The notes beneath the pieces are model-generated. The model searched no databases, was not told the DNA's origin, and saw nothing but the letters and a program-made list of their open reading frames with translations. The position numbers and the translations under genes were made by a program. From positions 11,650 through 75,649 of the forward strand of contig JALUTT010000002.1 of assembly GCA_027021705.1 (NCBI GenBank): DNA of 64,000 nt, given 5' to 3'. Below are positions 10,087 to 19,184 of the stretch, one piece after another. How positions within the stretch are numbered: position 1 is the stretch's first letter; each line of letters opens with the position of its first letter. The stretch is from Anaerolineae bacterium. GTDB lineage: Bacteria; Chloroflexota; Anaerolineae; S140-20.

Positions 10087-10983
10087 GTCGTCGGTGATTC
10101 GGGCCAGCACGAGGCCGATGGACAGGAGGAGGCCGAAGAGGAGCTCCAGTTGGGCGGTTCCGGCCAGGAGCCGGTTCATAGCCGGACCGTCTGGGCTCCG
10201 ACGGAGGGCCCGGATCAAGCGGAGGGCGTTGGGCAGGGAGAGCCAGGGGAGCAGCAGCCAGACGGACCGGCGGCCGGCCGGCCTCAGCAGTGGCAAGAGA
10301 GCGTAGGCGATGACCAGAAGCAGGGTGTACTCCAGCCGGGTGAGCCGTGCGCCCATCAGCACCGCCAGCGTCCGCTTGCCGGCCCGGCCATCGGTCTCAA
10401 GGTCCCGCAGGTTGTTGACGACCAGGATGGCCGTCGCCAGCAGGCCCATCGAAGTCGCGGCCAGCAGGGCGGTGGCGGTGAGGCGCAGGGTCTGAACGTA
10501 GTAGGTCCCGCCGACGGCCACGAGCCCGAAGAAGAGAAAGACGAAGAGGTCGCCCAGGCCGTAGGAGCCGAAGGGGTAGGGGCCGCCGCTGTAGGCGACG
10601 GCAGCGGCGATGGCCGCCGCACCGAGGATCAAGAGGGGCCACCCTCCCACAGCGATCAGGAAGCTTCCCGCCGCCGCGGCCAGGGCAAAGGTGATCCACA
10701 TTCCCCTCCGCAGGTGGGGCAGAGGGATCAGTCCGCTCTGGGCGACCCGAAGAGGACCTTGCCGTCCGGCCCGATCCACGCCCTTGACGTAGTCGTAGTA
10801 GTCGTTGGCCAGGTTGGCCCCGATCTGGAGGAGCAGGGCCACAATGAGCGCGGCCAGTGCCGGGAGGGGAGCGAAGCGCCCGTCGGCGTAGGCCAGCGCC
10901 GTGCCGACCAGAACCGGGGCCACGGCCGCCGGCAAGGTCTTAGGCCGTATCGCGATGCGCCAGGCTTGCCAACGGGAAGACAT
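10060..10983 (-). CDS. menA: 1,4-dihydroxy-2-naphthoate polyprenyltransferase
   Basis: RPKTLPAA, NLANDYYDYVKGVD and NNLRDLETD motifs; the stop codon lies inside the MITE. Confidence 0.95.
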   Translation of the reverse strand: MSSRWQAWRIAIRPKTLPAAVAPVLVGTALAYADGRFAPLPALAALIVALLLQIGANLANDYYDYVKGVDRAGRQGPLRVAQSGLIPLPHLRRGMWITFALAAAAGSFLIAVGGWPLLILGAAAIAAAVAYSGGPYPFGSYGLGDLFVFLFFGLVAVGGTYYVQTLRLTATALLAATSMGLLATAILVVNNLRDLETDGRAGKRTLAVLMGARLTRLEYTLLLVIAYALLPLLRPAGRRSVWLLLPWLSLPNALRLIRALRRSPDGPAMNRLLAGTAQLELLFGLLLSIGLVLARITDDVTVHPPAG

Positions 10984-10984
10984 T

Positions 10985-12289
10985 TCACTGACCGACAAGC
11001 AGGGCGTTGACTTTCTCGGCGGCCGTGGTCAGGACCTGGGCGGGGTCGGCGCCGGTGAAGAGGGCCTCCTCAACGGCCAGGCCGATCTCCCGGCTGGCAG
11101 CGGCGTAGGCGGGGATGTTGGGCCGCACCCGCGCGACGGCCATCTGGTCCACGATCACCTGGGCCCGGGGTTCCTGCTCCAGGTAGGCTCGGTATTCCGC
11201 CGACTCGACGACGGAGCGGCGCAGGGGCAGGTAACCGGTTTCGGTGCTCCACCGGCGGTTGACCTCCGGCGAGGTCATCCAGCGGACGAAGGCCCAGGCC
11301 GCCTCCCGGTCCCGGACGTTGCTGAGGATGGCGATGTTGGCTCCACCGACGCCGGTGGCAGCGCCGGCCGGCCCGGCCGGCAGCGGAGCCACACCCAGGT
11401 CGTCTCCCAGGGCTTGGATGTAGCGGTTCAGCCGAGCGGTGGAGGCCAACAACATCCCGATCTGCCCCTCCTCGAAGCCTCGGTCCGGCGGGCTCAGGGG
11501 CAGGCTGCCCGCCTCAACCATCGTCTGCCAGAAGCGCAGGGCCTCGATGCCGGGGGATTCCTGAAAGCGGGCGGCGCTGTAATCGTCGTTGAAGATCTCC
11601 CCGCCGGCCTGCCAAAGGAAGGCGAACCAGTAGTAGACGACGCCCCGCTTGGCCTGCACCGGAAAGCTCAGCCCCCACTGGTCCGGCTGGCCGTCCCCAT
11701 CCCGGTCGGCGGTGAGGGCCTGGGCCATCGTCGCCAGCTCCTCCCAGGTCGTCGGTGGGCGGTCGGAGTCCAGCCCTGCCTCGCGGAAGAGCCGCCGGTT
11801 GTAGTAGAGGGCGATGTTGCTCAGGGAGAAGGGCATCGTCCAGATGGTGCCGTCGTAGGTGGCCGTCTTCCAGGCCATAGGCCAGATGTCCTCCCGGTCG
11901 AAGTCGGGATCGGCCTGGATGAAGGTCTCCATCGGCACCAGGGCACCGGCATCGGCCAGCTCTGAGGACCAGAACTGGTCCACCATCGAGAGGTCGGGGG
12001 CGGCCTGGCCGGCAATGGCCGTCAGCAGCTTGTCCCGCATCGTCCAGAGGTTGCCCCCGTAGCTGGGCTCGACGACGATGCCGGGGTGGGTCTCGTTGAA
12101 CTCCCGGACCAGGGCCTCGAACTGCTGGCCGAAGGTCCCCCCGTAGGGGTGCCAGAGGGTGAGGGTGACGGGAGCCGGGGTGTCGGTGGGGGCGCCGGCC
12201 GCCGGGGCCTCCGGCGTGCTCCCGGAACCGGCGCAGGCGGTGGAGAGGAGGGCGATGATGGATAGGATGAGCAGGGTGCGTCGTATCAT
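10985..12289 (-). CDS. ABC transporter sugar/glycerol-3-phosphate-type substrate-binding lipoprotein
   Basis: Lipobox LSTAC, LYYNRRLF..AGL...PPTTWEEL, TGYLP. Confidence 0.9.
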   Translation of the reverse strand: MIRRTLLILSIIALLSTACAGSGSTPEAPAAGAPTDTPAPVTLTLWHPYGGTFGQQFEALVREFNETHPGIVVEPSYGGNLWTMRDKLLTAIAGQAAPDLSMVDQFWSSELADAGALVPMETFIQADPDFDREDIWPMAWKTATYDGTIWTMPFSLSNIALYYNRRLFREAGLDSDRPPTTWEELATMAQALTADRDGDGQPDQWGLSFPVQAKRGVVYYWFAFLWQAGGEIFNDDYSAARFQESPGIEALRFWQTMVEAGSLPLSPPDRGFEEGQIGMLLASTARLNRYIQALGDDLGVAPLPAGPAGAATGVGGANIAILSNVRDREAAWAFVRWMTSPEVNRRWSTETGYLPLRRSVVESAEYRAYLEQEPRAQVIVDQMAVARVRPNIPAYAAASREIGLAVEEALFTGADPAQVLTTAAEKVNALLVGQ

Positions 12290-12350
12290 GGCGTTCCTCT
12301 CTGTTTGGTCGGGTGGTCGTATGCGGTCCTTAGTCCTTGGTCCTCAGTCC

Positions 12351-12395
12351 GCGGTCGGCGGTCGGCGGTCGGCGGTCGGCGGTCGGTGGTCGTTG
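12351..12395. repeat. Heptamer tandem repeat (GCGGTCG)n
   Basis: About 5 near-perfect copies plus degenerate flanks, intergenic. Confidence 0.85.
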
Positions 12396-12447
12396 GTTGG
12401 CGATCGAAGGGTCAAGCGGATCACGGCCCACCGGGATGAGGGGCCGG

Positions 12448-13506
12448 TCACCAGACGTAGATGGGGTTGCTGAAGATCCAGCCGCACCGCCGGCCCCGGT
12501 AGGACTTGTAGGCTTCGATGCGGTAGACGCCGGGGTCCACGAGCAGAGCCTTGAGCTCCCGCCCCCGGGTCCGGGCGACGACGCGCCCGTTGTGCAGGAG
12601 CCGGATCTCGGCGGGGGCAGGGACCTGGGCGGTGAACTGGATGCCCATCTGCCGCTTCAGGTCCCCTCCCATCACCGCCTCCTGGGAGCCGCTGCGGGCC
12701 CAGAAGCGGAACCCCCGGGTAGGAGCGATCAGATCGTACCCCACCCAGGCCCGGCCGGCCCTCAGCGCTTCGTAGATCAGCGCTTTGTCCGTCTCGGGGT
12801 CCTGGCGCAGGGGGTGCTCCAGCAGCACGTGGGTGTTGACGGCCCGGAAGAGGTAGGTGTACGGGAAGATGACCCGTTCCATCGGTCCCAGCCGGTAGGT
12901 TGTGCCGTGAGCGTCGGCCCCACCGATGGCGACCACCCGCCGTCCCTGCTGGGTCAGCGTGTCCCACATCGCCAGGGTGTGGCGGAAGGGGCCTCGGATG
13001 CCCCGGGCTGGGAAGAAGGCGTAGAAGATGGCGTGAAGCCGGCTCCGCAGCAGGGCCTTGAACTCCGACATATAGTTCCAGAGCTCCAGGCCGGTGAAGC
13101 CGGTCAGGTGCTCCCAGTCGCACCAGGGGATGGCGGCCAGGTCGGGGTCCAGGGGGCTGCCGCGCTCGACGGGGTGGGCCAGGAAAGTGAGCGCCCCACG
13201 CTCGTTGGCTGCATCAATGAGGGCTTGGGGGTCGCCAGCCTGGGGGGCCATCTCCGCGTCGGCCCCGTAGATGAGCAGGTGGTTGCACTGGGGGTTGCGG
13301 CGGATGTCGTGGACTTCCTCACCGACCAGGAGGAGGGCTTTCCCGTAGTATCCCTCCAGCCCTCCGACCCAGATGTTGTGGTCGGTCACGGCGACGAAGT
13401 CGAGGCCCGCTTCGGCGGCGGCGTGGGCGACCTGGGCGTGGGTCCAGTGCCCATCAGAGTAGGGCGTGTGGCTGTGCAAGTTGCCGGCGTATTCGTACCA
13501 GGGCAT
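12448..13506 (-). CDS. PHP-domain (CehA/McbA-like) metallohydrolase
   Basis: LHSHTPYSDG, VTDHN, AHP and GGADAH motifs. Confidence 0.88.
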   Translation of the reverse strand: MPWYEYAGNLHSHTPYSDGHWTHAQVAHAAAEAGLDFVAVTDHNIWVGGLEGYYGKALLLVGEEVHDIRRNPQCNHLLIYGADAEMAPQAGDPQALIDAANERGALTFLAHPVERGSPLDPDLAAIPWCDWEHLTGFTGLELWNYMSEFKALLRSRLHAIFYAFFPARGIRGPFRHTLAMWDTLTQQGRRVVAIGGADAHGTTYRLGPMERVIFPYTYLFRAVNTHVLLEHPLRQDPETDKALIYEALRAGRAWVGYDLIAPTRGFRFWARSGSQEAVMGGDLKRQMGIQFTAQVPAPAEIRLLHNGRVVARTRGRELKALLVDPGVYRIEAYKSYRGRRCGWIFSNPIYVW

Positions 13507-13529
13507 CGCGTCGTAGGGTCCTCGCCCGC

Positions 13530-14243
13530 TCAGACTTCCAGCTTGAAGGGGTTGAAGTCGGTGTCGTAGTCGTAGTAGTCCTCGTGCTCGACCCGCTTGA
13601 GGCCGTTGACGATCTGGTAGGTGATGGGGGTCATCAGCGCCTCGATGCCGACTTTGAAGATGTAGTTGGTGACGATGAGGGTGAGGGCGATGCTCCAGGG
13701 GAAGACGCCGAAGGCAGAGGCGATCACGATGAAGAAGGCGGTGTCCACCCCCTCACCGACCAGGGTGCTGCCGATGGTGCGGGTCCAGAGCCAGCGTCCC
13801 CGGGTGAGGATCTTCATTTTGGCCATCACGTAGGAGTTGGAGAACTCGCCGGCGAAGTAGGCGATCAGGCTGGCGACGATGATGCCGCCGGAGCTGACGC
13901 CCCCCAGGATGGCGTCGTAGGCGGCCTGGCCGGCGTAGGCTTCCCATTCGGGATCGCCGGGCAGCCGTCCCACGATCCAGAAGATGGCGGCCATCAGCGC
14001 CGAGAGGGCGAAGCCGGTCCAGATCACCTTGCGGGAGCGCCGATAGCCGTAGACCTCCGTCAGCACGTCGCCGAAGATGTAGCTGATGGGGAAGAGCAGG
14101 GTGCCGGCGTCGAAGGCCAGGGGCAGCCCGAAGAGGGAGACGCCCCAGTCCACGATCTTGGCCGATGAAGCGATGTTGCTGATGAGCAGCACGGCCACAA
14201 AGATGGCGGTGATGGTGTCGTAGAACTTGTATCCTCGTGTCAT
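13530..14243 (-). CDS. Queuosine precursor transporter (YhhQ/VUT family)
   Basis: DVLTEVYGY, SNSYVMAKMK and RTIGSTLVGEGVDT motifs. Confidence 0.92.
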   Translation of the reverse strand: MTRGYKFYDTITAIFVAVLLISNIASSAKIVDWGVSLFGLPLAFDAGTLLFPISYIFGDVLTEVYGYRRSRKVIWTGFALSALMAAIFWIVGRLPGDPEWEAYAGQAAYDAILGGVSSGGIIVASLIAYFAGEFSNSYVMAKMKILTRGRWLWTRTIGSTLVGEGVDTAFFIVIASAFGVFPWSIALTLIVTNYIFKVGIEALMTPITYQIVNGLKRVEHEDYYDYDTDFNPFKLEV

Positions 14244-14311
14244 CGCGCCGTTGCCTCGAATAGCTAGGGTGTGATGGGCGGGAGATTGCTGACCTCGGTC
14301 GCCTGAGAGCG

Positions 14312-14578
14312 TCGGGCTTGGAAAGCCCTCCTACCGGGGCGCAGGAGGCCCTTCAGGGTGTAGGAGGCCCTTCCAGGGCCGAAGATCGGGCTTGGAAAGT
14401 CGGGCTTGGAAAGCCCTCCTACAAGGGGGCCACCGGCAGAATCTCTGCGCTGGCCCCATATCGGGCTTGGAAAGCCCTCCTACCGGGGCGCAGGAGGCCC
14501 TTCAGGGCGTAGGAGGCCCTTCCAGGGCCGAAGATCGGGCTTGGAAAGTCGGGCCTGGAAGGCCCTCCTACAAGGGGG
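14312..14578. repeat. GTAG-type REP cluster, duplicated with a 149-bp period
   Basis: TCGGGCTTGGAAAGCCCTCCTAC-like units at 14312, 14400, 14461 and 14549; inverted GTAGGAGGCCCTTCCAGGGCCGA at 14360 and 14509. Confidence 0.85.
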
Positions 14579-15536
14579 TGGTTGGTACGGGAGGCCGTTT
14601 CACCTCGGCCACGCGGTCCCAGAGGCGGCAGAAGGCACAGAGGCCGGGAGCGCTGGTCGGCTGACCGCAGCGCTCGCAGGCGTGGAGCCGCCCTTCCTCC
14701 CGCTCCTGGACGGCGGCGAAGAGCCCCTCCTCCTTGGCCCGCAGGAAGCTGAGGTAGAACTGGAGTTTGGCCCCCGGCGATTGGGCCTCCAGTTGGGCCA
14801 GGAGTTCCTTGTAGGCGATGGTCTTGCTCCCCACGGCGTGGGGGCATTCTTCGTAGATGTAGTCAATCCCCCGCAGCAGGGCGTAGGCCGCCGTCTCCCG
14901 CTCGTAGAAGCGGCAGAAGGGCTTCACCTTCCGGGCCAGGCCGGGGTGGCTGGCCGGCAGCACCGGGGCCTGGCGGGCCAGGTAGCCGGTCTGCCAGTGG
15001 AGCACGTTGGAGAAGAGGACGGCCACCTCGTCGTCCAGGTTGTGGCCCGTCGCCAGCACGTCGTACCCCATCTCGTGGGCGATCCGGTTCATCTCGTGGC
15101 GCTTCACCAGCCCACAGACGGAGCAGGGCTTGCCCCGCCCCCGGTTGCTGATGCGGGCCGCCTCGGGGATGGTCGCCCCGTAGAGGGCGTTGACGTCGAG
15201 GACGTGCAGTTGGGCGTCGGGCCAGAGGGTTTCGACGAACTGCTCCACCTTCTCGAAGGACTGGCCGGAATAGTCGAAGCGGGTGGCGATCCCCAGGTCA
15301 ATGTAGAGGCCATCGGCCTGGTAGCCCAGGCGCAGGAGCACGTCCCAGAGGCCCAGGCTGTCCTTCCCGCCGGAGACGGCGACGAGGACCCGCTCGTCGC
15401 GGCGGAACATCTTGTAGCGGCGGATGGTGCGGGCCGTCTGCTCGACGAACCACTCCTGGTAGTGCTCCCCGCAGAGCGCCAGCTTGTGGTGGCGCATGTT
15501 GATGGCGGCCTTCTGACCGCACTTGCGGCACTTCAT
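14568..15536 (-). CDS. ttuA: tRNA 2-thiolation protein, TtuA/Ncs6-like
   Basis: N- and C-terminal Zn fingers, PP-loop SGGKDS, CSVC, TGHNLDDE and ECP motifs. Confidence 0.9.
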   Translation of the reverse strand: MKCRKCGQKAAINMRHHKLALCGEHYQEWFVEQTARTIRRYKMFRRDERVLVAVSGGKDSLGLWDVLLRLGYQADGLYIDLGIATRFDYSGQSFEKVEQFVETLWPDAQLHVLDVNALYGATIPEAARISNRGRGKPCSVCGLVKRHEMNRIAHEMGYDVLATGHNLDDEVAVLFSNVLHWQTGYLARQAPVLPASHPGLARKVKPFCRFYERETAAYALLRGIDYIYEECPHAVGSKTIAYKELLAQLEAQSPGAKLQFYLSFLRAKEEGLFAAVQEREEGRLHACERCGQPTSAPGLCAFCRLWDRVAEVKRPPVPTTPL

Positions 15537-15733
15537 TACGGACTCCCTCCTGAGATCACGGCCACCAGCTTGATCTCGTCGCCCTCTTCCAGACGGGTAT
15601 CCTCGGTGATCAGCTTGCCGTCGCGCACGGGCAGGACCATCTCCGGCGTCAGCCCGACCTTCTCGATGGCTTCTCGAACGGTGATGCCGGCTTCCACTTC
15701 CCACTCCTGATCGCGAAGGGTGATCTTCACCAT
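15536..15733 (-). CDS. Ubiquitin-like sulfur carrier (TtuB/ThiS/MoaD family)
   Basis: 65 aa ending LEEGDEIKLVAVISGGSP; translationally coupled to ttuA (TAATG). Confidence 0.88.
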   Translation of the reverse strand: MVKITLRDQEWEVEAGITVREAIEKVGLTPEMVLPVRDGKLITEDTRLEEGDEIKLVAVISGGSP

Positions 15734-16017
15734 AGCCTCCTCCTTCCCAGGGTTGTGAATCCCGGAGACCGGGTCTTCGGCTGCTGGATTCACGCCCGGA
15801 TTGTACGCGAAAGCGGGGTGAGCGTCAAGGCGCAGGGTGGCCATCGGGGATCGTCGGGAAGGCGTAGGGTATCCGTAGGGAAAGCGTGGGGAGGGCGTTC
15901 AGAAAGAAAATCGGCTTTGTGGTAAAGTACAATCAGCAAGGCGCTCCTTTTCTCCTCCTTTGCATAGAGAGCCGGGTAGGGTGCAGGCCCCCGCCCGGCT
16001 CTCTGTGGTCTGGCGGA

Positions 16018-16056
16018 AAGCAGCCCTCCCGGTCCCTGGGACCGGGAGGGCTGCTT
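16018..16056 (-). terminator. Probable intrinsic terminator of the sqr operon
   Basis: Long GC-rich hairpin AAGCAGCCCTCCCGGTCC / GGACCGGGAGGGCTGCTT downstream of the dsrE-like gene. Confidence 0.65.
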
Positions 16057-16098
16057 GTGTGTATCCCCTCGCTCACGGAGCGTGGATGGAGGGCTAGG

Positions 16099-16605
16099 TT
16101 AGATGAAGATGATCTGGGCGCCTTCGGTCATGTCAATGAAGTCGCTGGCGGTGACGATGCCCTCGACGCCTTCGACGAAGTCGTCCATCGTCAGGCCCAT
16201 CATGTCCACCGTCATCTTGCAGGCGTACAGCTTGGCACCACCATCCACCAGCATCTGCAGGTATTCGCGCACCGGCGGCACGTCCAGGTCCGCGATCTTC
16301 TTCTTCAAGAAAGCGGTGGCGAAGGCGGTCATACCCGGCAGGGCGCCCATCCACTGGGGGATGCCCAGATTGCCGGTGGGCAGACCCATCAGGCTGAACT
16401 TGAAGCTGGTGTTGGCGACCGGGGCGATTTCCAGGTGGTCCACGCGCTTCTTGTTGATGATGTCCAGCCCCCAGAAGGTGAAGAAGATGGTCACGTCCAC
16501 GCCATTGCCCAGGGCGGCCCAACCCATAATCAGGGCCGGCAAGGCCATGTCTAGATCGCCCTTGGAGCAGATGAAGGCGATATGGCGGTTCTTTTCCTCA
16601 GCCAT
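16099..16605 (-). CDS. DsrE/DsrF/DrsH-like (DsrE2-type) sulfurtransferase
   Basis: IFFTFWGLD and LYACKMTVDMMG motifs. Confidence 0.9.
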   Translation of the reverse strand: MAEEKNRHIAFICSKGDLDMALPALIMGWAALGNGVDVTIFFTFWGLDIINKKRVDHLEIAPVANTSFKFSLMGLPTGNLGIPQWMGALPGMTAFATAFLKKKIADLDVPPVREYLQMLVDGGAKLYACKMTVDMMGLTMDDFVEGVEGIVTASDFIDMTEGAQIIFI

Positions 16606-16703
16606 TGTTGCTCTCCTTGATCCTGTGTCGGGAAGACCCCAAGGGTTTCCGGCCGGAGAACCCTTAGGGCCTTCGGCGGCTCCGAGAAGATCCAGGCGTG
16701 CTC

Positions 16704-17021
16704 TTAGACGCAGCCTTGGGGCTTCCCCAGCCCGGCGATGCGGGCGACCTTCTTGGCCGGGCCTTTGGGGAAGAGCTTGAACAGTTCCTTGGTGGGGATG
16801 CCCCCGGCTTTGGTGATCCGCCGCAGGGTTGGCGGTTCCCCCCGCGCCTTGAAGTCGGCCCGGCAGAACTCGATCACCTTCCAGTGGCGGTCGGTCAACT
16901 CCTCGATGCCCTCCTCACGGGCGAGCACTTTGGCGATCTCCGGCGTCCAATCGTCGGGGTTGACCATAAACCCCTCATCGTCGAACTCAATGGGCTTCCC
17001 AGCGATCTCTCGAACAGCCAT
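16704..17021 (-). CDS. tusE: TusE/DsrC family sulfur relay protein (single C-terminal Cys)
   Basis: DDEGF..PDDW, LTDRHWKVI and LFPKGPAKKVARIAGLGKPQGCV motifs. Confidence 0.9.
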   Translation of the reverse strand: MAVREIAGKPIEFDDEGFMVNPDDWTPEIAKVLAREEGIEELTDRHWKVIEFCRADFKARGEPPTLRRITKAGGIPTKELFKLFPKGPAKKVARIAGLGKPQGCV

Positions 17022-17080
17022 AGGTTTTCCTCCTTATTGGCTCTATAGCTTCTTCTGGCTTTATAGCTTACAGCTCTGGA

Positions 17081-17181
17081 GCTTGCCCCCTGCCCCCTGC
17101 AACTTGCCCCTTGCTCCTTGCCCCTTGCCCCCTGCCCCTTGCCCCTTGCAACTTGCAACTTGCAACTTGCCCCTTGCCCCC
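17081..17181. repeat. Heptamer tandem repeat (CTTGCCC/CTTGCAA)n
   Basis: About 14 imperfect 7-bp units between the DUF1641 gene and tusE. Confidence 0.9.
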
Positions 17182-17183
17182 TC

Positions 17184-17924
17184 TCACTTCGCGCTCTCAC
17201 CAACGGAGCGGAGCACGAGCAAGGTCTTGGAAAGTCCTCGCCGGACGGCAGGGTCGTTCAACTGCCGCAAGATGTGCAGCAGCGAGGTATCGGTCGGTTC
17301 CTCGGCCCTGGCCGTGACGGCCACCTGACCCATCATCTGCATGATCTCGGGCTGGGTCATCTCCTTGATGGTCCGCAGGATGAGGACGATGTTGTCGGCC
17401 AGTTGGCGCACATCCTCCTCGGTGAAGGAGGTCACGATCCGATCCACCATCTCCAGACCGCCCTGCAGGAAGACGAAGTACCCCTTCTGCTCCATCTCCT
17501 CCAGGCGGCGCATCAGGGTGAGGAAGACCTCCCGCGTGAGCGGGCTGAGGTCCTGCCACAGGTCCATCAGGCTCTCCAGTTGGTCCAGCATCTGCTCCAG
17601 GTTGCGGGTGTTGCGCAACAACCGCTTGAGGAGGTGGAAGATGTCCTCGATCTGGACGTAGCCTTCGATCTCCTCCAGTTGCTGGACCGAGAGCCGGAAG
17701 ATGTCGTTGAAGATGGGCGTCAGGTCGTCCTTGAGCTCATCCCACTCCTGGCGACGACGGCGCTGCTGGCGGGCTTCCTCGGTCAGAAAGGCGACCTGGG
17801 TGGTCAGGGCATCCAGCTTCTGGTGGATCTCCGCCAGGGCTTGAGCCGGGGGAAGGTCCGCCGCCACGGCCAGAGGGGCTTCTTGGGCTTGCCTGGGGTC
17901 TTGTGCCATCTGCCTTGCCTCCAT
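17184..17924 (-). CDS. DUF1641-like helical protein (common SQR neighbour)
   Basis: C-terminal SLLHILRQLNDPAVRRGL motif; coiled-coil character; SD GGAGG. Confidence 0.8.
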   Translation of the reverse strand: MEARQMAQDPRQAQEAPLAVAADLPPAQALAEIHQKLDALTTQVAFLTEEARQQRRRRQEWDELKDDLTPIFNDIFRLSVQQLEEIEGYVQIEDIFHLLKRLLRNTRNLEQMLDQLESLMDLWQDLSPLTREVFLTLMRRLEEMEQKGYFVFLQGGLEMVDRIVTSFTEEDVRQLADNIVLILRTIKEMTQPEIMQMMGQVAVTARAEEPTDTSLLHILRQLNDPAVRRGLSKTLLVLRSVGESAK

Positions 17925-17935
17925 CGAAGCGCCTC

Positions 17936-19168
17936 CTACATCCACTTGCCGGCCATCGTCATCTGCGCCGGGATGGGCATTTCCTTCCCCTTGAGCAGGA
18001 TGTTCCAGTAGATCCAGCGGAAGAGCATCTTGCCCCAGTGGTTGACCTCCGACTCCTGGAGCAGGGAGAAGGGGCCGATGCCCGGCAGGGGATACTTCCC
18101 CGGCAGGGGCTCCACGTCGTAGTTGAAGTCAATGAGGATGCCCTTGCCAAAGCCCGATTCGATGTAGCAGTTGGCGTGGCCGTCGAAAGCGTGGATCATC
18201 TCCAGGCCGTCAATGTAGCGCAGGAAGTTCTCGACGAAGACCTCCACGGCGAAGTGGGCCACCGAACCGGCCTTCGACGTGGGGAGGTTGGCCGCGTCGC
18301 CCAGGGCGAAGATGTTGTCGAACTGGGTGGAGAGGAAGGTGTGCTTGTCCACCGGCACGTGGTTCAGTTCGTCCCCCAGCCCTGAGCGCTCGATGACGTC
18401 CGCGCCCATATTCACCGGCACGGCGACCAGCAGGTCGTAGGGGATCTCCTGCTCGTCATAAGAGATGAGCAGCTTCTTGTCCGGGTCCACCCGCTCGACG
18501 AAGAACTCGGGCACCACGGAGATGTTCTTCTCCTCCAGGATGTTGCCCAGCAGCTTCGAGGCCCGGGGCTTGGTGAAGGCACCGGGCAAGGGGGTCACCA
18601 GGGTCAGTTCCACCCGATCCCGCATGCCCTGGGTGTAGAAGTACCAGTCGGCCAGCATGATGAACTCCAGGGGGGCGACAGGGCACTTGAAGGGCGTTTC
18701 CATGATCGTGACCACCATACGGCCCCCGGACCAAGTGCGCAGGTGACGGGCCAGAGCCAAGGCTCCCTCGTAGGTGTAGAAGTCGTGGATGGACTTGCGC
18801 CATTCGTGTTCGGCCAGGCCGGGCGTCTCCTCGGGCCGAGGATGGGTGCCAGTGGCGATGATGAGGAAGTCGTAGTTCAGGTAGCGGTTGTCCTTGGCGA
18901 TGCGCACCCGGTTGTGCTCCGGCTCGATCATCTCGATCTTGGAGACGATCATCTCGACGCCCGGTGGGATGAAGTCCCGCTTGGGCTTGATCACGTCGTT
19001 CCGACCGTAGATGCCAAAGGGGATGAAGAGGAAGCCGGGCTGATAGTAATGGGTCTCCTCCTGGTCCACGATGGTGATCTTCCACTCATCGGGGTCCAAG
19101 TGGTGGACCAGTTTGTTGACGACCATCGTTCCGGCCGTCCCGGCTCCAAGGACCAGTAATCGTTTCAT
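17936..19168 (-). CDS. sqr: Sulfide:quinone oxidoreductase (type III-like)
   Basis: GAGTAG, HYYQPG, FKCPVAPLE, GDAA..PTSKAGS, HANCYIE and NHWGK motifs. Confidence 0.88.
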   Translation of the reverse strand: MKRLLVLGAGTAGTMVVNKLVHHLDPDEWKITIVDQEETHYYQPGFLFIPFGIYGRNDVIKPKRDFIPPGVEMIVSKIEMIEPEHNRVRIAKDNRYLNYDFLIIATGTHPRPEETPGLAEHEWRKSIHDFYTYEGALALARHLRTWSGGRMVVTIMETPFKCPVAPLEFIMLADWYFYTQGMRDRVELTLVTPLPGAFTKPRASKLLGNILEEKNISVVPEFFVERVDPDKKLLISYDEQEIPYDLLVAVPVNMGADVIERSGLGDELNHVPVDKHTFLSTQFDNIFALGDAANLPTSKAGSVAHFAVEVFVENFLRYIDGLEMIHAFDGHANCYIESGFGKGILIDFNYDVEPLPGKYPLPGIGPFSLLQESEVNHWGKMLFRWIYWNILLKGKEMPIPAQMTMAGKWM

Positions 19169-19184
19169 CGTGTTCTCACTCCTC

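Noticed and set aside
14244..14311. preQ1 riboswitch upstream of the queuosine precursor transporter
   Set aside because: No recognisable preQ1 stem-loop or A-rich tail.
16704..17021. True DsrC marking dissimilatory sulfite reduction
   Set aside because: It lacks the second conserved Cys (has KKVARIAG), and no dsrAB is present in the window.
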